Source: Reclinomonas americana ATCC 50394
Lineage: Eukaryota
Direction of reading: 5' to 3'
Assembly: GCA_048213135.1 (NCBI GenBank)
Contig: PS015218.1
Location: 57,131 to 102,388, forward strand
DNA: 45,258 bases
The position numbers and the translations under genes are program-made. Every line of letters starts with the position of its first letter. Position 1 is the stretch's first letter. This document shows positions 1 through 10,800 of this stretch, in pieces. The notes beneath the pieces were generated by a model. The model was not told where the DNA came from and ran no database searches. It saw nothing but the letters and a program-made list of their open reading frames with translations.

Positions 1-49
1 TCTATTCTCTCCATGTATTCCCCTTGTGCTCACTCTCTCGCCCGTGCAG

Positions 50-358
50 CTTCGGCTACTTGACCAAGACGCGCATCAAGCTGGTGGCCATTATGCGCGA
101 CGCCATGTACTCGGAGGCACACATTCAGGAGGTTCTTGAGTGACAATTTCTCTTGCTTATGCGCAGGTGGATCACTGACGTTTTGCGCAGTTCTTTGAGC
201 GGTTGCACGTATGTGTCATGGACGCCGTCTCCAATCCGTTCTATGTGGAGGGCGAACGCATCACATCACGGCGATTCCGGGAGCACTTGCTGGTGCTGAT
301 TAGCAAGATGACGGACACGTTGCGGCACACGAATAGCGCGAGTGGCGGCGGAACATGA
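50..358 (+). CDS. TRAPPC2L: TRAPP complex subunit 2-like (sedlin family), last two exons; 5' part lies outside the window
   Basis: Exons 50-131 and 191-358 (GT-AG intron 132-190 with CTGAC branch point) splice to FGYLTKTRIKLVAIMRDAMYSEAHIQE/FFERLHVCVMDAVSNPFYVEGERITSRRF...*. This matches the sedlin-like C-terminal YGY.T..K.K...LH....D...NPFY..G..I.S..F pattern. Confidence 0.85.
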
Positions 359-432
359 CACAGGCAGGAGAGAGAAAAAATTGTGGCACAGTGAACAAGC
401 AAATGAGAGCAGCCCATGAGGAGCCGTGGAGA

Positions 433-806
433 GCTGCATTCCGAAAGCGTCGTCACCCGATCGAAGTTGAGCTGCATGCGCAGTTGCAACTGATCGGAAT
501 CCGTCCTTCTCCTATCGCATTCACCGTCACCACCTACGGCATTATTCGCGCTAAATGAGCTTTTGCCGCCGCCGCCACCATATGCTCGACATCGGGAGAA
601 TTCTGCAAGCCGGGTGCACCATCATGTCCAATTGCATGTTCGGGTACACACAGTATACCTCTTTGCAGCGAGACAGACGGAGGGACCCGCTTGCAGGCTT
701 GCACAGACCCATTTGCGAAGTAGCAGTAGGAGGTCTGAGAGAAGGCGGGAGCGCCACCGACAAACCGCAACTTTGGGTTGTCGGACAAAAGTTGAGTTGA
801 AGCAGC
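433..806. ncRNA. Candidate structured non-coding RNA; identity and strand unresolved
   Basis: Intergenic and free of microsatellites. Nested complementary segments: 433-441/799-806, 457-475/480-497, 505-511/739-745, 529-537/726-734, 545-549/715-719, 553-557/710-714, 603-615/685-696, 757-763/778-784. Confidence 0.45.
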
Positions 807-913
807 GAGCAACGAGCACGCGTCGTAGGCACCGTTTGTGTGTGGAGAGAAGCGAGTGTGAGTGAGTGAGTGGCGTGTGTGTACGTGAGTGAGCGAGAGT
901 GGCAGGCGCAAGG

Positions 914-2349
914 ATGACGGATCAAGCGGCGCCGATGGTGCCACAAGACGATGGCTTTGACATCCAACGGTTTATTTTGCTGCACTCACACAACACTCAC
1001 CTCTCACAATCTCACATTCCCACCTCGCGCGCGCGTGTTTGTGTCTTTTGTTGCGTAGTCAATTCGTGCTGGCACTGCACTCGTTTGAGCAACAGGTGTG
1101 TGTGTGTGTGTGTAACCGCACTTGAACAAAAAAATACGTTAGTGTGTGTGTGCTCACACATTGTTTGTGTTGCGCTCTCTCCTTCACAGCAAGCCATGCA
1201 GTTGTCGATGAATGCCGGCGAGGTCATTGAGGTGGTGGCCACTGACGAGTCGGGCTGGTGGTGCGTTGCTTTTTTGCTTTTTGTTTGCGTGTAACGAAAT
1301 GGACATCAGCACGCGCGCACTCTCTCTCTCTCCCGTCCTCTCTTCCTCTGTCTCTTCTCTCCTTGTGTTGCTGTCTGTCTGTCTGGTGGCGAGAGGGGTG
1401 CATCATGATGCTGACAGCTGTGCGTCAAAAGGTATGGACAAAACCTGCGTGGCGAGGAGGGCTACTTCCCCTCCAACTTTGTCGCGCCCATCTCGCTCAA
1501 TGAGGAGGGCCCCAGTGGCATGGTTGCGTCTGGGAGAGGAGCGGAGTCAACGAGACACACAGCGCAAAAGATGACTGACTTGCGTGTGCGTGTCTGTGTC
1601 TGTGTGTAGAATGGGTCCACGGCTGGCATGGATGAGTTGGCACACGCACTGGCTCGTGTGAAGCACGTGAACCGTGTGCTGGTCTACAACATGGAGAAGC
1701 GTGGCATCTCTCTTATGAGCTTGGAGACCGATCCGCCAAGTGTACGGGGAGACTCCGATCCAGGTGAGGACAACAACTCTATCCTTGTTCTCTCTCCTCT
1801 TCCTCTCTCTCTGCGCGCGTGTGTGTATGCGTGGTTGTCGTTGGCCACCACAAGTCACTGCTGCTCACACGCTTTGCTTTCGACAGTCGCGCTGGATGAC
1901 GATGTGATGCGGCATTGCCAGCAGATCCTCGACTCGCTCAAGCCGCATGTTGGCTTTGTGGCGGCGGATACGGAGGGCATGGCGCGCAAGGACGCGGAGA
2001 TTCGCCGTCTCCAGGAGCAGTTGGCACGAGCGTTGCGTCCATAACCGCCTTGACGAGTGTGAATTGCGCTGATCCTCACTCACCCTCGTGCTCAGTGAGT
2101 CACGACCAACCACGGACCCGCGCCAGACGGCCGAGCTGGAGGAGATGAAGCGAGAAAAGGCCGACATGGAGGAGATGTTGCAGGAGTCGGAGGCGGAGAA
2201 GGAGAAGCTCAAGAAGCAGCTGGCGCAGTCACGCGATCGCTTCAAGTCACTGAAGGGCGGCATTGGACAGTTGGCGGCCGTCAACGACAAGATCAAGCGC
2301 GTGAAGAAGGACATGGATGAGCTGAAGGCCGCCGTTCAGAGAACAAATG
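914..2349 (+). CDS. SH3-domain plus coiled-coil protein, multi-exon, 3' truncated at an assembly gap
   Basis: Spliced SH3: QFVLALHSFEQQ/QAMQLSMNAGEVIEVVATDESGWW/YGQNLRGEEGYFPSNFVAPI (ALxxF, WW and GYFPSNFV motifs). A coiled coil follows (ELEEMKREKADMEEMLQESEAEKEKLKKQLAQ...). The last visible donor is at 2350 and that intron runs into the N gap. Confidence 0.8.
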
Positions 2350-2864
2350 GTTTGCTGTTGCTGCTTCTTCTTCTATGCTGTGGTCGCCAACAACTTTCGT
2401 GCTGACGGTAANNNNNNNNNNNNNNNNNNNNNNNNNNNNNNNNNNNNNNNNNNNNNNNNNNNNNNNNNCAACAACAACAACAACAACAACACACGCACGG
2501 TAAACAATCCCCCAACGGCAACCACAAGCACAGCCACCCACACCCTTTCTCACATGCCCCTACGCTGTCTCCGTTTCTCTCCTCACTCTCTCCCGCCCGC
2601 CCGCCACACATGCAGTCGGCCTGGCGAAAACTTACACAGGCGCGACAAACACACATGAACGGTGGGAGAAGGAGAACAAGAGTGCACACCCCACAGCCGC
2701 AGTGACACAAAAAAACGAGAAGGGTAAGGGGGGGTAGTATGAAGAAGAACGCACAAGGGGGAGAGAAAAAAAGAGGGAGGATGGAATAGAAAAATGAAGA
2801 AGAAAAAAAAGAGATGCACATATAATGTGAACAGGGTGAAGTGTGCAGGCCACAGTCCGTCTCC

Positions 2865-3235
2865 TCATGAGCTGGAGCCCGCAGCAGAACCGGCCCTGCC
2901 AACATTCTTCTTGGCCTGGCCGAGCTCCACTGTCGCCACCTTGGTGGCGAAGTTGAGCGAGCTGAGAGACTCGGAGAGGTTCTCAATGGCCGGTGATATG
3001 TTGACAATCATGTTCACCTTGGAATTGCCGCCTAGGGGGAGAAGAAGCAATAGTGGGTGAGCAAGCATGAAAAAAGAAGCTGCGCAAGAAGGAGAGGTGC
3101 TCACCAAGCGAATCCTGAAGGATGTACGTGAGCTTGGAGTTGCGGTACGGTACGTGTGCGTTCTTCTGTCCGAGAGCAGACATGACATCACCCAGCGCCA
3201 GCAGCGACTTGTTGATAGCAATGGCCTCGTCGAGA
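2865..3235 (-). CDS. C-terminal exons of a kinesin-14 (C-terminal motor, KIFC-like) protein; fragment between two gaps
   Basis: [86 protein letters not shown]...*. The motor ends about 20 aa before the stop, with the kinesin-14-type 'VELG.AKK' ending. Confidence 0.85.
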
Positions 3236-3681
3236 NNNNNNNNNNNNNNNNNNNNNNNNNNNNNNNNNNNNNNNNNNNNNNNNNNNNNNNNNNNNNNNNN
3301 NNNNNNNNNNNNNNNNNNNNNNNNNNNNNNNNNNNNNNNNNNNNNNNNNNNNNNNNNNNNNNNNNNNNNNNNNNNNNNNNNNNNNNNNNNNNNNNNNNNN
3401 NNNNNNNNNNNNNNNNNNNNNNNNNNNNNNNNNNNNNNTTTTGTCTGAGTGTGGTGTGTGGTGTTGGCGATATCTTTTTTGTATTCAGCAAATCGTGCGC
3501 AGCGAGAAGAGAATTGAGAGAGAAGAAAAAGAGAACAAGAAGAAAGACTCGGGGCGGTGTGATGTGTGTAAGCGGTGGAAAAGAAACAATGTAAAGCAAG
3601 ACTGGTGCATGCACTTCAAGATCGTTCTCGACGACTTGAGTCCTGCGTCCTTCCGCTCATTCTTCACCTTCGCAAACGATC

Positions 3682-4222
3682 ATGGCCGCAGCACCATCGG
3701 CATCCACGCCCACCGACTACATCACACTGGTGTCGAGTGATGGCTTTGAGGTGAGCGCGTGTGTGCGTGCGTGTGTGCGCGAAACACTGTTGTCGTCGTC
3801 GTCAGTTTACTCAACAATCAATCAACGGCCATCACAGTTCGTGTTGCCGCGCAAGGCCGCCTCCATCTCCAAGTACGTGCGCAAGGCAGTCGCTGGCGAA
3901 GCAGGTCTGTGTGTGTGTGTGTGAGAGAGAGAGGGAAACGGGCGACAGTCGCTGACTGAGCGAGTTGACAGGGAGTCCGTTTGAGGAGCGCAATCGCATC
4001 GTGTTGGTGCCGGATGTGAGGGCATCGGTGTTGCAGGAGGTGCGTGATGAGGTGGTGGCACCACTGCTGTGTGTGAGTGCTCATGCGTCGGCGTGACAGG
4101 TGTGTCGGTACTTGATGTACAAGACGCGCTACGATCACGAGCCAGAGACGCGACCCGAGTTCAAGATCGATCCGGCCATGAGCATCGAGCTGATGATGGC
4201 CGCGCACTTCCTTCAGGCCTAA
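3682..4222 (+). CDS. ELOC: Elongin C (Skp1/BTB family), 4 exons
   Basis: Spliced product MAAAPSASTPTDYITLVSSDGFE/FVLPRKAASISKYVRKAVAGEA/GSPFEERNRIVLVPDVRASVLQE/VCRYLMYKTRYDHEPETRPEFKIDPAMSIELMMAAHFLQA*. Confidence 0.9.
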
Positions 4223-4332
4223 AATCCTCCACTCGTACAATGAATCACAACAGCAGCGCATAAGGTTGGCCACACACACACAATCCATTTTCTTCATAAA
4301 AAAAGCGCCCCACCACGTGATTGCTGCTGTCA

Positions 4333-5607
4333 TCAATGATGGGCAGCGTGAGGACCACCGGCCTTGGTCTGCGGGCCCAGCAGCTTGCCATCGTCGGTCA
4401 CGAATGATTCTTGCACCTCGATCGCGAACAGGCAGCGCAGGCCGACCAGCACGAAGAAGGTCAGGAAGAGGAGGATGAGAATGGTGTTGAGAATCGTCGG
4501 CGTAATGTACCTGTGGAAACAAACCATCAGCAGCCGCAACGACGAAGCAGGGAAAGCCACAACTATTAAAGGGACGAAACGAGTTGTGCGGTCCGTACGG
4601 CGCACCGCCCACAGAGCGAATGGCGGCCGTCGAAAGCACCACAGGCGCCCGAGTGCTCACACGCTCCGCCGTGAACACCACAAAGTGCTGGCCCGGCCAC
4701 GACTCCGACAGACGCGCCAGGGTCTCCGCCAACACGCTGCCAGCCTGGCCCGCCAGGAACTCCTCATGCGACACATGCACCACCACCGCATCACCAGCAA
4801 CCAGTGTCTCCGGCGCAAACTCCTTCAGCGACACCACGCGCTTGCCACGCAGACGATCGCTGACTGCGCGCACAGACTCGGCCAGCACGCCCTGCTGTCC
4901 ACGAGTGCTCCACTCCTTCAGCGATACCGAGGCCACATTGTCACTCTTGTCCTCGCTCGACGCAAAGGCACCGGCCACTCGCGCAAACTCGCCCACCTCC
5001 AGCTGTCAAACAAGCAATCAAACGAATTGAGGGTGATGCAGCAAACGTGGTGCGAAATTAACTCTCTCTTCTTCTTCTCTCTCTCTCGTGTGCGTTTGTG
5101 CGTTGCATCAGTTAGTGCACGCACAATGGTGAGATGCATGTCACGCAACACAGCAGTGTGCACAAGTGAGTTGATCAGCAGATGTGCTCGTTCCTTGTCT
5201 CTCTCGTGTGCTCTTTCTCTCTCCTTCACTCTCTCTCTCTTTCTCTGTGAGTGTCGCACGCACCTCGTCCACCAAGAAGGCCACCGAGACACCATCCAGC
5301 TTGCTCGTTGTCTGTGCGCACATGAGAATGCGCGTGTGAGTGTGAAGAGTGCGAGGCATGCCACACAGCGCGCGACAGACTCCGCTGGCACTCACCGCAA
5401 ACGCCAGTGAGACAGCGCCCACAGAGGCTTGTGAGGGGCTGCGCGTGCAGTGGCAGCGCGTGTGAGACACCTGTGTGCGACATGGCACGCAAAACAACAA
5501 AGAGCAGCTCACCGAGCTCCCCAGGTGAGCAGCGGCGAGTCTGCGCGTGCCACAGACACGCACAGCAGCACCACGACAAGTGCAGCAATCACAGAGACCG
5601 AGCGCAT
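4333..5607 (-). CDS. Type I membrane protein resembling V-ATPase accessory subunit S1 (Ac45/VOA1/BIG1-like)
   Basis: Signal peptide MRSVSVIAALVVVLLCVSVARA followed by DSPLLTW, then a luminal domain. The C-terminal YITPTILNTILILLFLTFFVLVGLRCLFAIEVQESF TM segment with a short tail resembles the Ac45/VOA1 TM region. Five exons, all GT-AG. Confidence 0.5.
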
Positions 5608-5694
5608 GGCGCGACAGTGAGAGGAAGGGCGAGATGAAGGGTTACTGCGATTCCAATTGCCAGCTCACCGCAACCCCCAATCAAATCACACACA

Positions 5695-7017
5695 ATGAAA
5701 CGCAGTCGAGAGGAGGTCGAGGCTAACAACGATGCTGCTGGGGATGCTGATGATGATGCAGTGATGGGTGGCGATGTGTCAAGCGGTGACGACGAAAGTT
5801 TCGTGTGTGTGTGTGTTGTTGTTGATGTGAATGTGCACGAGCACGTCACTCACTGTTTTTTCTTCGTTGCGGCAGATCCTGATCGATTGCGTGACGAGAT
5901 GCGCAAGGTGAAGCGGAGAAAGAAGCGTGCGGCCACCACAGACCGCGACTTTTCGCACTTTTCCGAGGCTATGGCCAACATTCAGGCCAGCAAGCAACCC
6001 GGTCCCAAGGTCAGCTTGCTCACTGCTCTCTGCCCTACTCTGCCCTGCTCCGTCTCTGTCTCTGTCTCTGTCTCNNNNNNNNNNNNNNNNNNNNNNNNNN
6101 NNNNNNNNNNNNNNNNNNNNNNNNNNNNNNNNNNNNNNNNNNNNNNNNNNNNNNNNNNNNNNNNNNNNNNNNNNNNNNNNNNNNNNNNNNNNNNNNNNNN
6201 NNNNNNNNNNNNNNNNNNNNNNNNNNNNNNNNNNNNNNNNNNNNNNNNNNNNNNNNNNNNNNNNNNNNNNNNNNNNNNNNNNNNNNNNNNNNNNNNNNNN
6301 NNNNNNNNNNNNNNNNNNNNNNNNNNNNNNNNNNNNNNNNNNNNNNNNNNNNNNNNNNNNNNNNNNNNNNNNNNNTCCCTCCCCTTCTCTCACACTTCGC
6401 ACACACACGGGCAGATTCGTGCCGTGGAGCGCGCCCGCGAACAGGCGACGGCCGAGGAGCGACAGCTCAGGGAGAAGGCGGCGGCGAAGCGTGCGTTGCG
6501 CAAGTCGGGGCACGACTCCATGCCGCGATCCACACGCACGGAGGAGGAGCGCGCGTTGCAGCGTGTCGCCACGCGTGGTGTCGTCAAGCTCTTCAATGCG
6601 GTGCGTGAGGCACAAAAGGACGTCGAGGAGGCCACCAGCGAGAAGAAGTCGCTGCACTCGAAGAAGATCACCCGCATCACCAAGAACAAGTTCCTCAGCA
6701 TGCTCAAGAAGAAGGGCGGCGGTGGAGAGGAGGCGAGCGGCACCAAGGGGACGCCGCCGGTTCTGTCCAAGGCGGCGGCGGCGGCGGCAGAGGGAGATGC
6801 GGCGACGGCGACGGCAGGTGGTAAGTTCAAGAAGGGCAAGGGCAAGGACAAGGCGCACAAGACGCCGTTTGAGCCACACGCAACGTGGAGACTATCACGG
6901 GATGAGTTCTCCGCCGGTGTGGCCACGGGCGATGCGCCAGAGGGAGCGGCGGCGAATGGCAAGTCACGTGGAAAGAAGCAAGCCAAGTGGATGGACGACG
7001 ACTACGCCATGGAATGA
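5695..7017 (+). CDS. RRP15: Ribosomal RNA processing protein 15 (intron 2 spans a gap)
   Basis: Signature EERALQRVATRGVVKLFNAVREAQ and ITKNKFLSMLK; C-terminal W-DDY-M motif. Confidence 0.9.
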   Translation: MKRSREEVEANNDAAGDADDDAVMGGDVSSGDDESFVCVCVVVDVNVHEHVTHCFFFVAADPDRLRDEMRKVKRRKKRAATTDRDFSHFSEAMANIQASKQPGPKVSLLTALCPTLPCSVSVSVSVXXXXXXXXXXXXXXXXXXXXXXXXXXXXXXXXXXXXXXXXXXXXXXXXXXXXXXXXXXXXXXXXXXXXXXXXXXXXXXXXXXXXXXXXXXXXXXXXXXXXXSLPFSHTSHTHGQIRAVERAREQATAEERQLREKAAAKRALRKSGHDSMPRSTRTEEERALQRVATRGVVKLFNAVREAQKDVEEATSEKKSLHSKKITRITKNKFLSMLKKKGGGGEEASGTKGTPPVLSKAAAAAAEGDAATATAGGKFKKGKGKDKAHKTPFEPHATWRLSRDEFSAGVATGDAPEGAAANGKSRGKKQAKWMDDDYAME

Positions 7018-7866
7018 AGGGAGTCGGTCACGTGAGAGGAATCATGTTGGTAATGATCGGCTGTTTGTTGTTACTGTTGTGTTTTTCTAGCCCACAGAGT
7101 CCTCGCATCAAAACGCCTTTTCACTACTGGAGATCTGCAGATTGCAGATCGCGATCAGAAGTCGGCGGCTCGTGTCGGCGAGCCACAAACGGACGGGCGC
7201 CGGCGNNNNNNNNNNNNNNNNNNNNNNNNNNNNNNNNNNNNNNNNNNNNNNNNNNNNNNNNNNNNNNNNNNNNNNNNNNNNNNNNNNNNNNNNNNNNNNN
7301 NNNNNNNNNNNNNNNNNNNNNNNNNNNNNNNNNNNNNNNNNNNNNNNNNNNNNNNNNNNNNNNNNNNNNNNNNNNNNNNNNNNNNNNNNNNNNNNNNNNN
7401 NNNNNNNNNNNNNNNNNNNNNNNNNNNNNNNNNNNNNNNNNNNNNNNNNNNNNNNNNNNNNNNNNNNNNNNNNNNNNNNNNNNNNNNNNNNNNNNNNNNN
7501 NNNNNNNNNNNNNNNNNNNNNNNNNNNNNNNNNNNNNNNNNNNNNNNNNNNNNNNNNNNNNNNNNNNNNNNNNNNNNNNNNNNNNNNNNNNNNNNNNNNN
7601 NNNNNNNNNNNNNNNNNNNNNNNNNNNNNNNNNNNNNNNNNNNNNNNNNNNNNNNNNNNNNNNNNNNNNNNNNNNNNNNNNNNNNNNNNNNNNNNNNNNN
7701 NNNNNNNNNNNNNNNNNNNNNNNNNNNNNNNNNNNNNNNNNNNNNNNNNNNNNNNNNNNNNNNNNNNNNNNNNNNNNNNNNNNNNNNNNNNNNNNNNNNN
7801 NNNNNNNNNNNNNNNNNNNNNNNNNNNNNNNNNNNNNNNNNNNNNNNNNNNNNNNNNNNNNNNNNN

Positions 7867-10800
7867 CTGTTGTCGACTGCCACTCTCGGTCGCACCGACA
7901 TGCGCATTAGCGATTGCGATTGCAGCAGGGTGTGCTGCGTCAGCTGCTCGGTGCCACCACTCAGTGCTTGCCACACACTGGGCGACAGGGGAGCATTCGG
8001 TGCCGGTGACTCTGCTCGATCGGGGCTGTCAGTGCTGCTATTGTGCACGTCGGCCACTCGCTGCTCGTCCAACTGCTGCTGCAGATGGTGCAAAAAGGCC
8101 GATTGCGGCTGCTGCGCACTGTGACCAGCACGTCGCTCCGACAGTCGTCCCTGTGGGCCGAATGCCAGCTGCTCGGCCACACTGCATGCACAGAAATTGA
8201 AGAAGAAGAAGAAGAAGAAGCGAGTCAGCTGGTGTGGCCATATGGAAAAAGGCGAGCGAAGATTGGACGCACAAGTGCTTGGCGCGCGTCACAAAGTCGT
8301 CGGCCTCTTGCAGTGCGGTGTCGGTCCGCACATCCTGCATGTGACTCCGCCAGCGACGATCGAGCGCCGGTTGGTGGCGACCGCCAGGCGGTTCCGGCAG
8401 ACTGGCGTCCTCATCGGCAGTGGTGCGCGGAATCGGCGACATGGACAGCACATCACTGAATGCATGAGAGGCAACGTTAATGCTGCGTCGGCATGCGTGG
8501 TGCAGAGGGAACGCAACGTCCGTGACTGCGGCGGCTGTGGCAGTGGATCACGGCGAGGGGCCGGGATGCGGATCGGCTCTCGTCCACGTGAAGAGGAGGA
8601 GCGCTTCAGCGAAGACTTTGGCACGGCACCGCTTGCATTCGCCGTGCGCGGAAGCGGTGGACGACTTGCTTCCGTCTGCTTGTCGCCGGCAGCGGCAGCC
8701 GCGAGGCGAATGGTAGATGGGCGGTATGACTCGGTGGAGGGGCGAACACGTGCCACAAGATCGAGAGAGACTCCAGTCGGCGAGCGCGAAGTGGCGCGTG
8801 CCAGATCCACGACAATCGCTGGATCGCCACTGCCGACCGGCACAATGAGCGATGGTCGACGCAGTCGTGCCTTTGACGGATTCTTCTTTGGCGAGGTTTC
8901 GTGAGACCTGCGCAATGTGTCAGCTCACATTTAAAAAACGCCCCCCCCCAGGGCCACCTGCGACCACAAACCGTCGTCCGGCACTGTACGAGCGGAGCAC
9001 TGCGTCGTGTGGTCGTTCGCCGAGCGCAGGTGACACGCGGCCGCCACCGCCTACCATCTTGCGAGGCGAGCGTGGGGGTGGGGTGTGTGATCGCGACCGA
9101 CTTGTCTGCGACGAAGGTGGTGGAGTGCGTGCACGCTGCAGAGTCTTGCTGTGATGGTCCTGCTCGTGCCACGCCTCTGCAGTGGAAAGCTGTGTGAGAG
9201 AACGAAAAAAAGATGCAGACTCGCGGAAAACCAACCGAAGCGTGCATCATCTGCCTCCGTTCGCACAGTGCGCTGGAAGGGCGACACACTGCGTGAACGA
9301 GTGGATGCGGACACCACGCCAGTTGTCGGTGGCGATGAGCGGACAGTGAGTTGTCGCCACACTGGCACAGTGGTGCGCGTGATACCATCGTCGCGTGCCG
9401 ACACCATCTGCAGGCTGCGCTGCAGAAGTTGCGGGTGCACTGGTCGCACACTTGCTCCATTGACAATTGTACCTCCGCCGTCACTGCTGCTCGTGTCACT
9501 GCCGTTGTCGGCTGCTGCACGCGCCACCAAACGGGTCGGTGAAACAACACTGCGCCGCCAAGACGGCAGCACGTCGCTCCGCTCCGACTCGGTGGAGCTC
9601 TCCACCGACTGCAACCTCGACAGCACGACATTGCGCGCGTCGAGTGCGTACCGCTTCTCTGCCGCTCTGCGCCACCACGCGTCAGTCACCCACTCGAAAC
9701 ACAAGTTAATATGCAATCAAACCTCTCTTGGTACTTGTGGTGGCCGGCCAGTGAGATTTGTTGTGCCACGTGCAGCCGCCAGTGCCTGCGCCAAAGTGAG
9801 CAGAAGAGTACAAGCTAGTGAGATGAGCAACAGTGAGCAGGGATCGCACCGGAACGCTCGCTCCATGAGGCGCCGAATGAAGAAACGACGAGCCGCCTGC
9901 ACCCTCCGTGCGGTGGAGTCCTTCCACGCAGCAAAGCAGTGCCGCAGCCAGCGCATCCTGCACCACGTCAATCAGCCTTGCGCACTACACACAATACACA
10001 CAGAGAAGCAAGAGACGCAACTTCCACCACAACACAGCCGCCGTCTGCCTGGCTCTCTGCTCCAGCAACTCCGGAATTACCACGCTGCGTACATGCCGTC
10101 GCACTCGCGAACGGTGCATGCGAGCAGCAGCTGCGCGATGACGCCACACCACCAGAGCGTCGACCATCAGGCGCCAGTGCTGACGCCACAGAATCGGTCG
10201 GGCCTGCATCTGCAGGCGCAGCTGTCGCAGCCAGCCGTAAAAGGCCACTGAGCGCAGCCTGAATGCAACACGCGCCACCACCTGCTTGCTGATCGAGCGA
10301 AGGCGTCGCCGTCGCATGCGACTCTTCATGGCCGCAGTGCTCCACGCCCACATGACCGTGGCAATCAGCTGCGCAATGTGTGAACTCGGGATGCCCGCCT
10401 GCTATCTTACAGCAGCCGGAACGCAACTCGCTTCTCGTTCTGTTGCTGCACTTTGTGTGCGAATCGCCGAACGTCGTGGTGCACCACAGCTCGCCGTCGC
10501 CAGTGAGCGAGCGCCTGATGCAACACTGCCAGTCTCCGTGCCGACAACAAATGGCGTTCGACGCGACGCAACAGACGCATCCGTCGGCAGTGCACTCGCC
10601 ATCTGCCAAAACACTGTGTGCGCGTGTGCACGCGGTGAGCACGACATGGAGATAAAGGGAATAGAAGAGCGTGCGTGTGTGTAGATTGGACTGACCTTGC
10701 GCATCGCAGCAACGCGTGACATGCGTTGGCGGTGGGCGGTGATGTGCCACTCGCGGAGAATGTGCTGTTGGAGACGGAGGCGACGCCGTCGACGAAGGCG

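Noticed and set aside
729-786. GGAGGTCTGAGA pairing with TCGGAC as an RNase P P4 helix
   Set aside because: Only about 40 nt apart and downstream of the S-domain-like part, which is the wrong order and spacing; probably chance.
757-794. Telomerase RNA interpretation of the pseudoknot-like segment
   Set aside because: No telomere-template-like sequence (e.g. CTAACCCT) on either strand of the element.
534-944. 136-aa minus-strand ORF and other ORFs over the structured element
   Set aside because: No recognisable motif or splice pattern; the start overlaps the SH3 gene and passes through microsatellite sequence.
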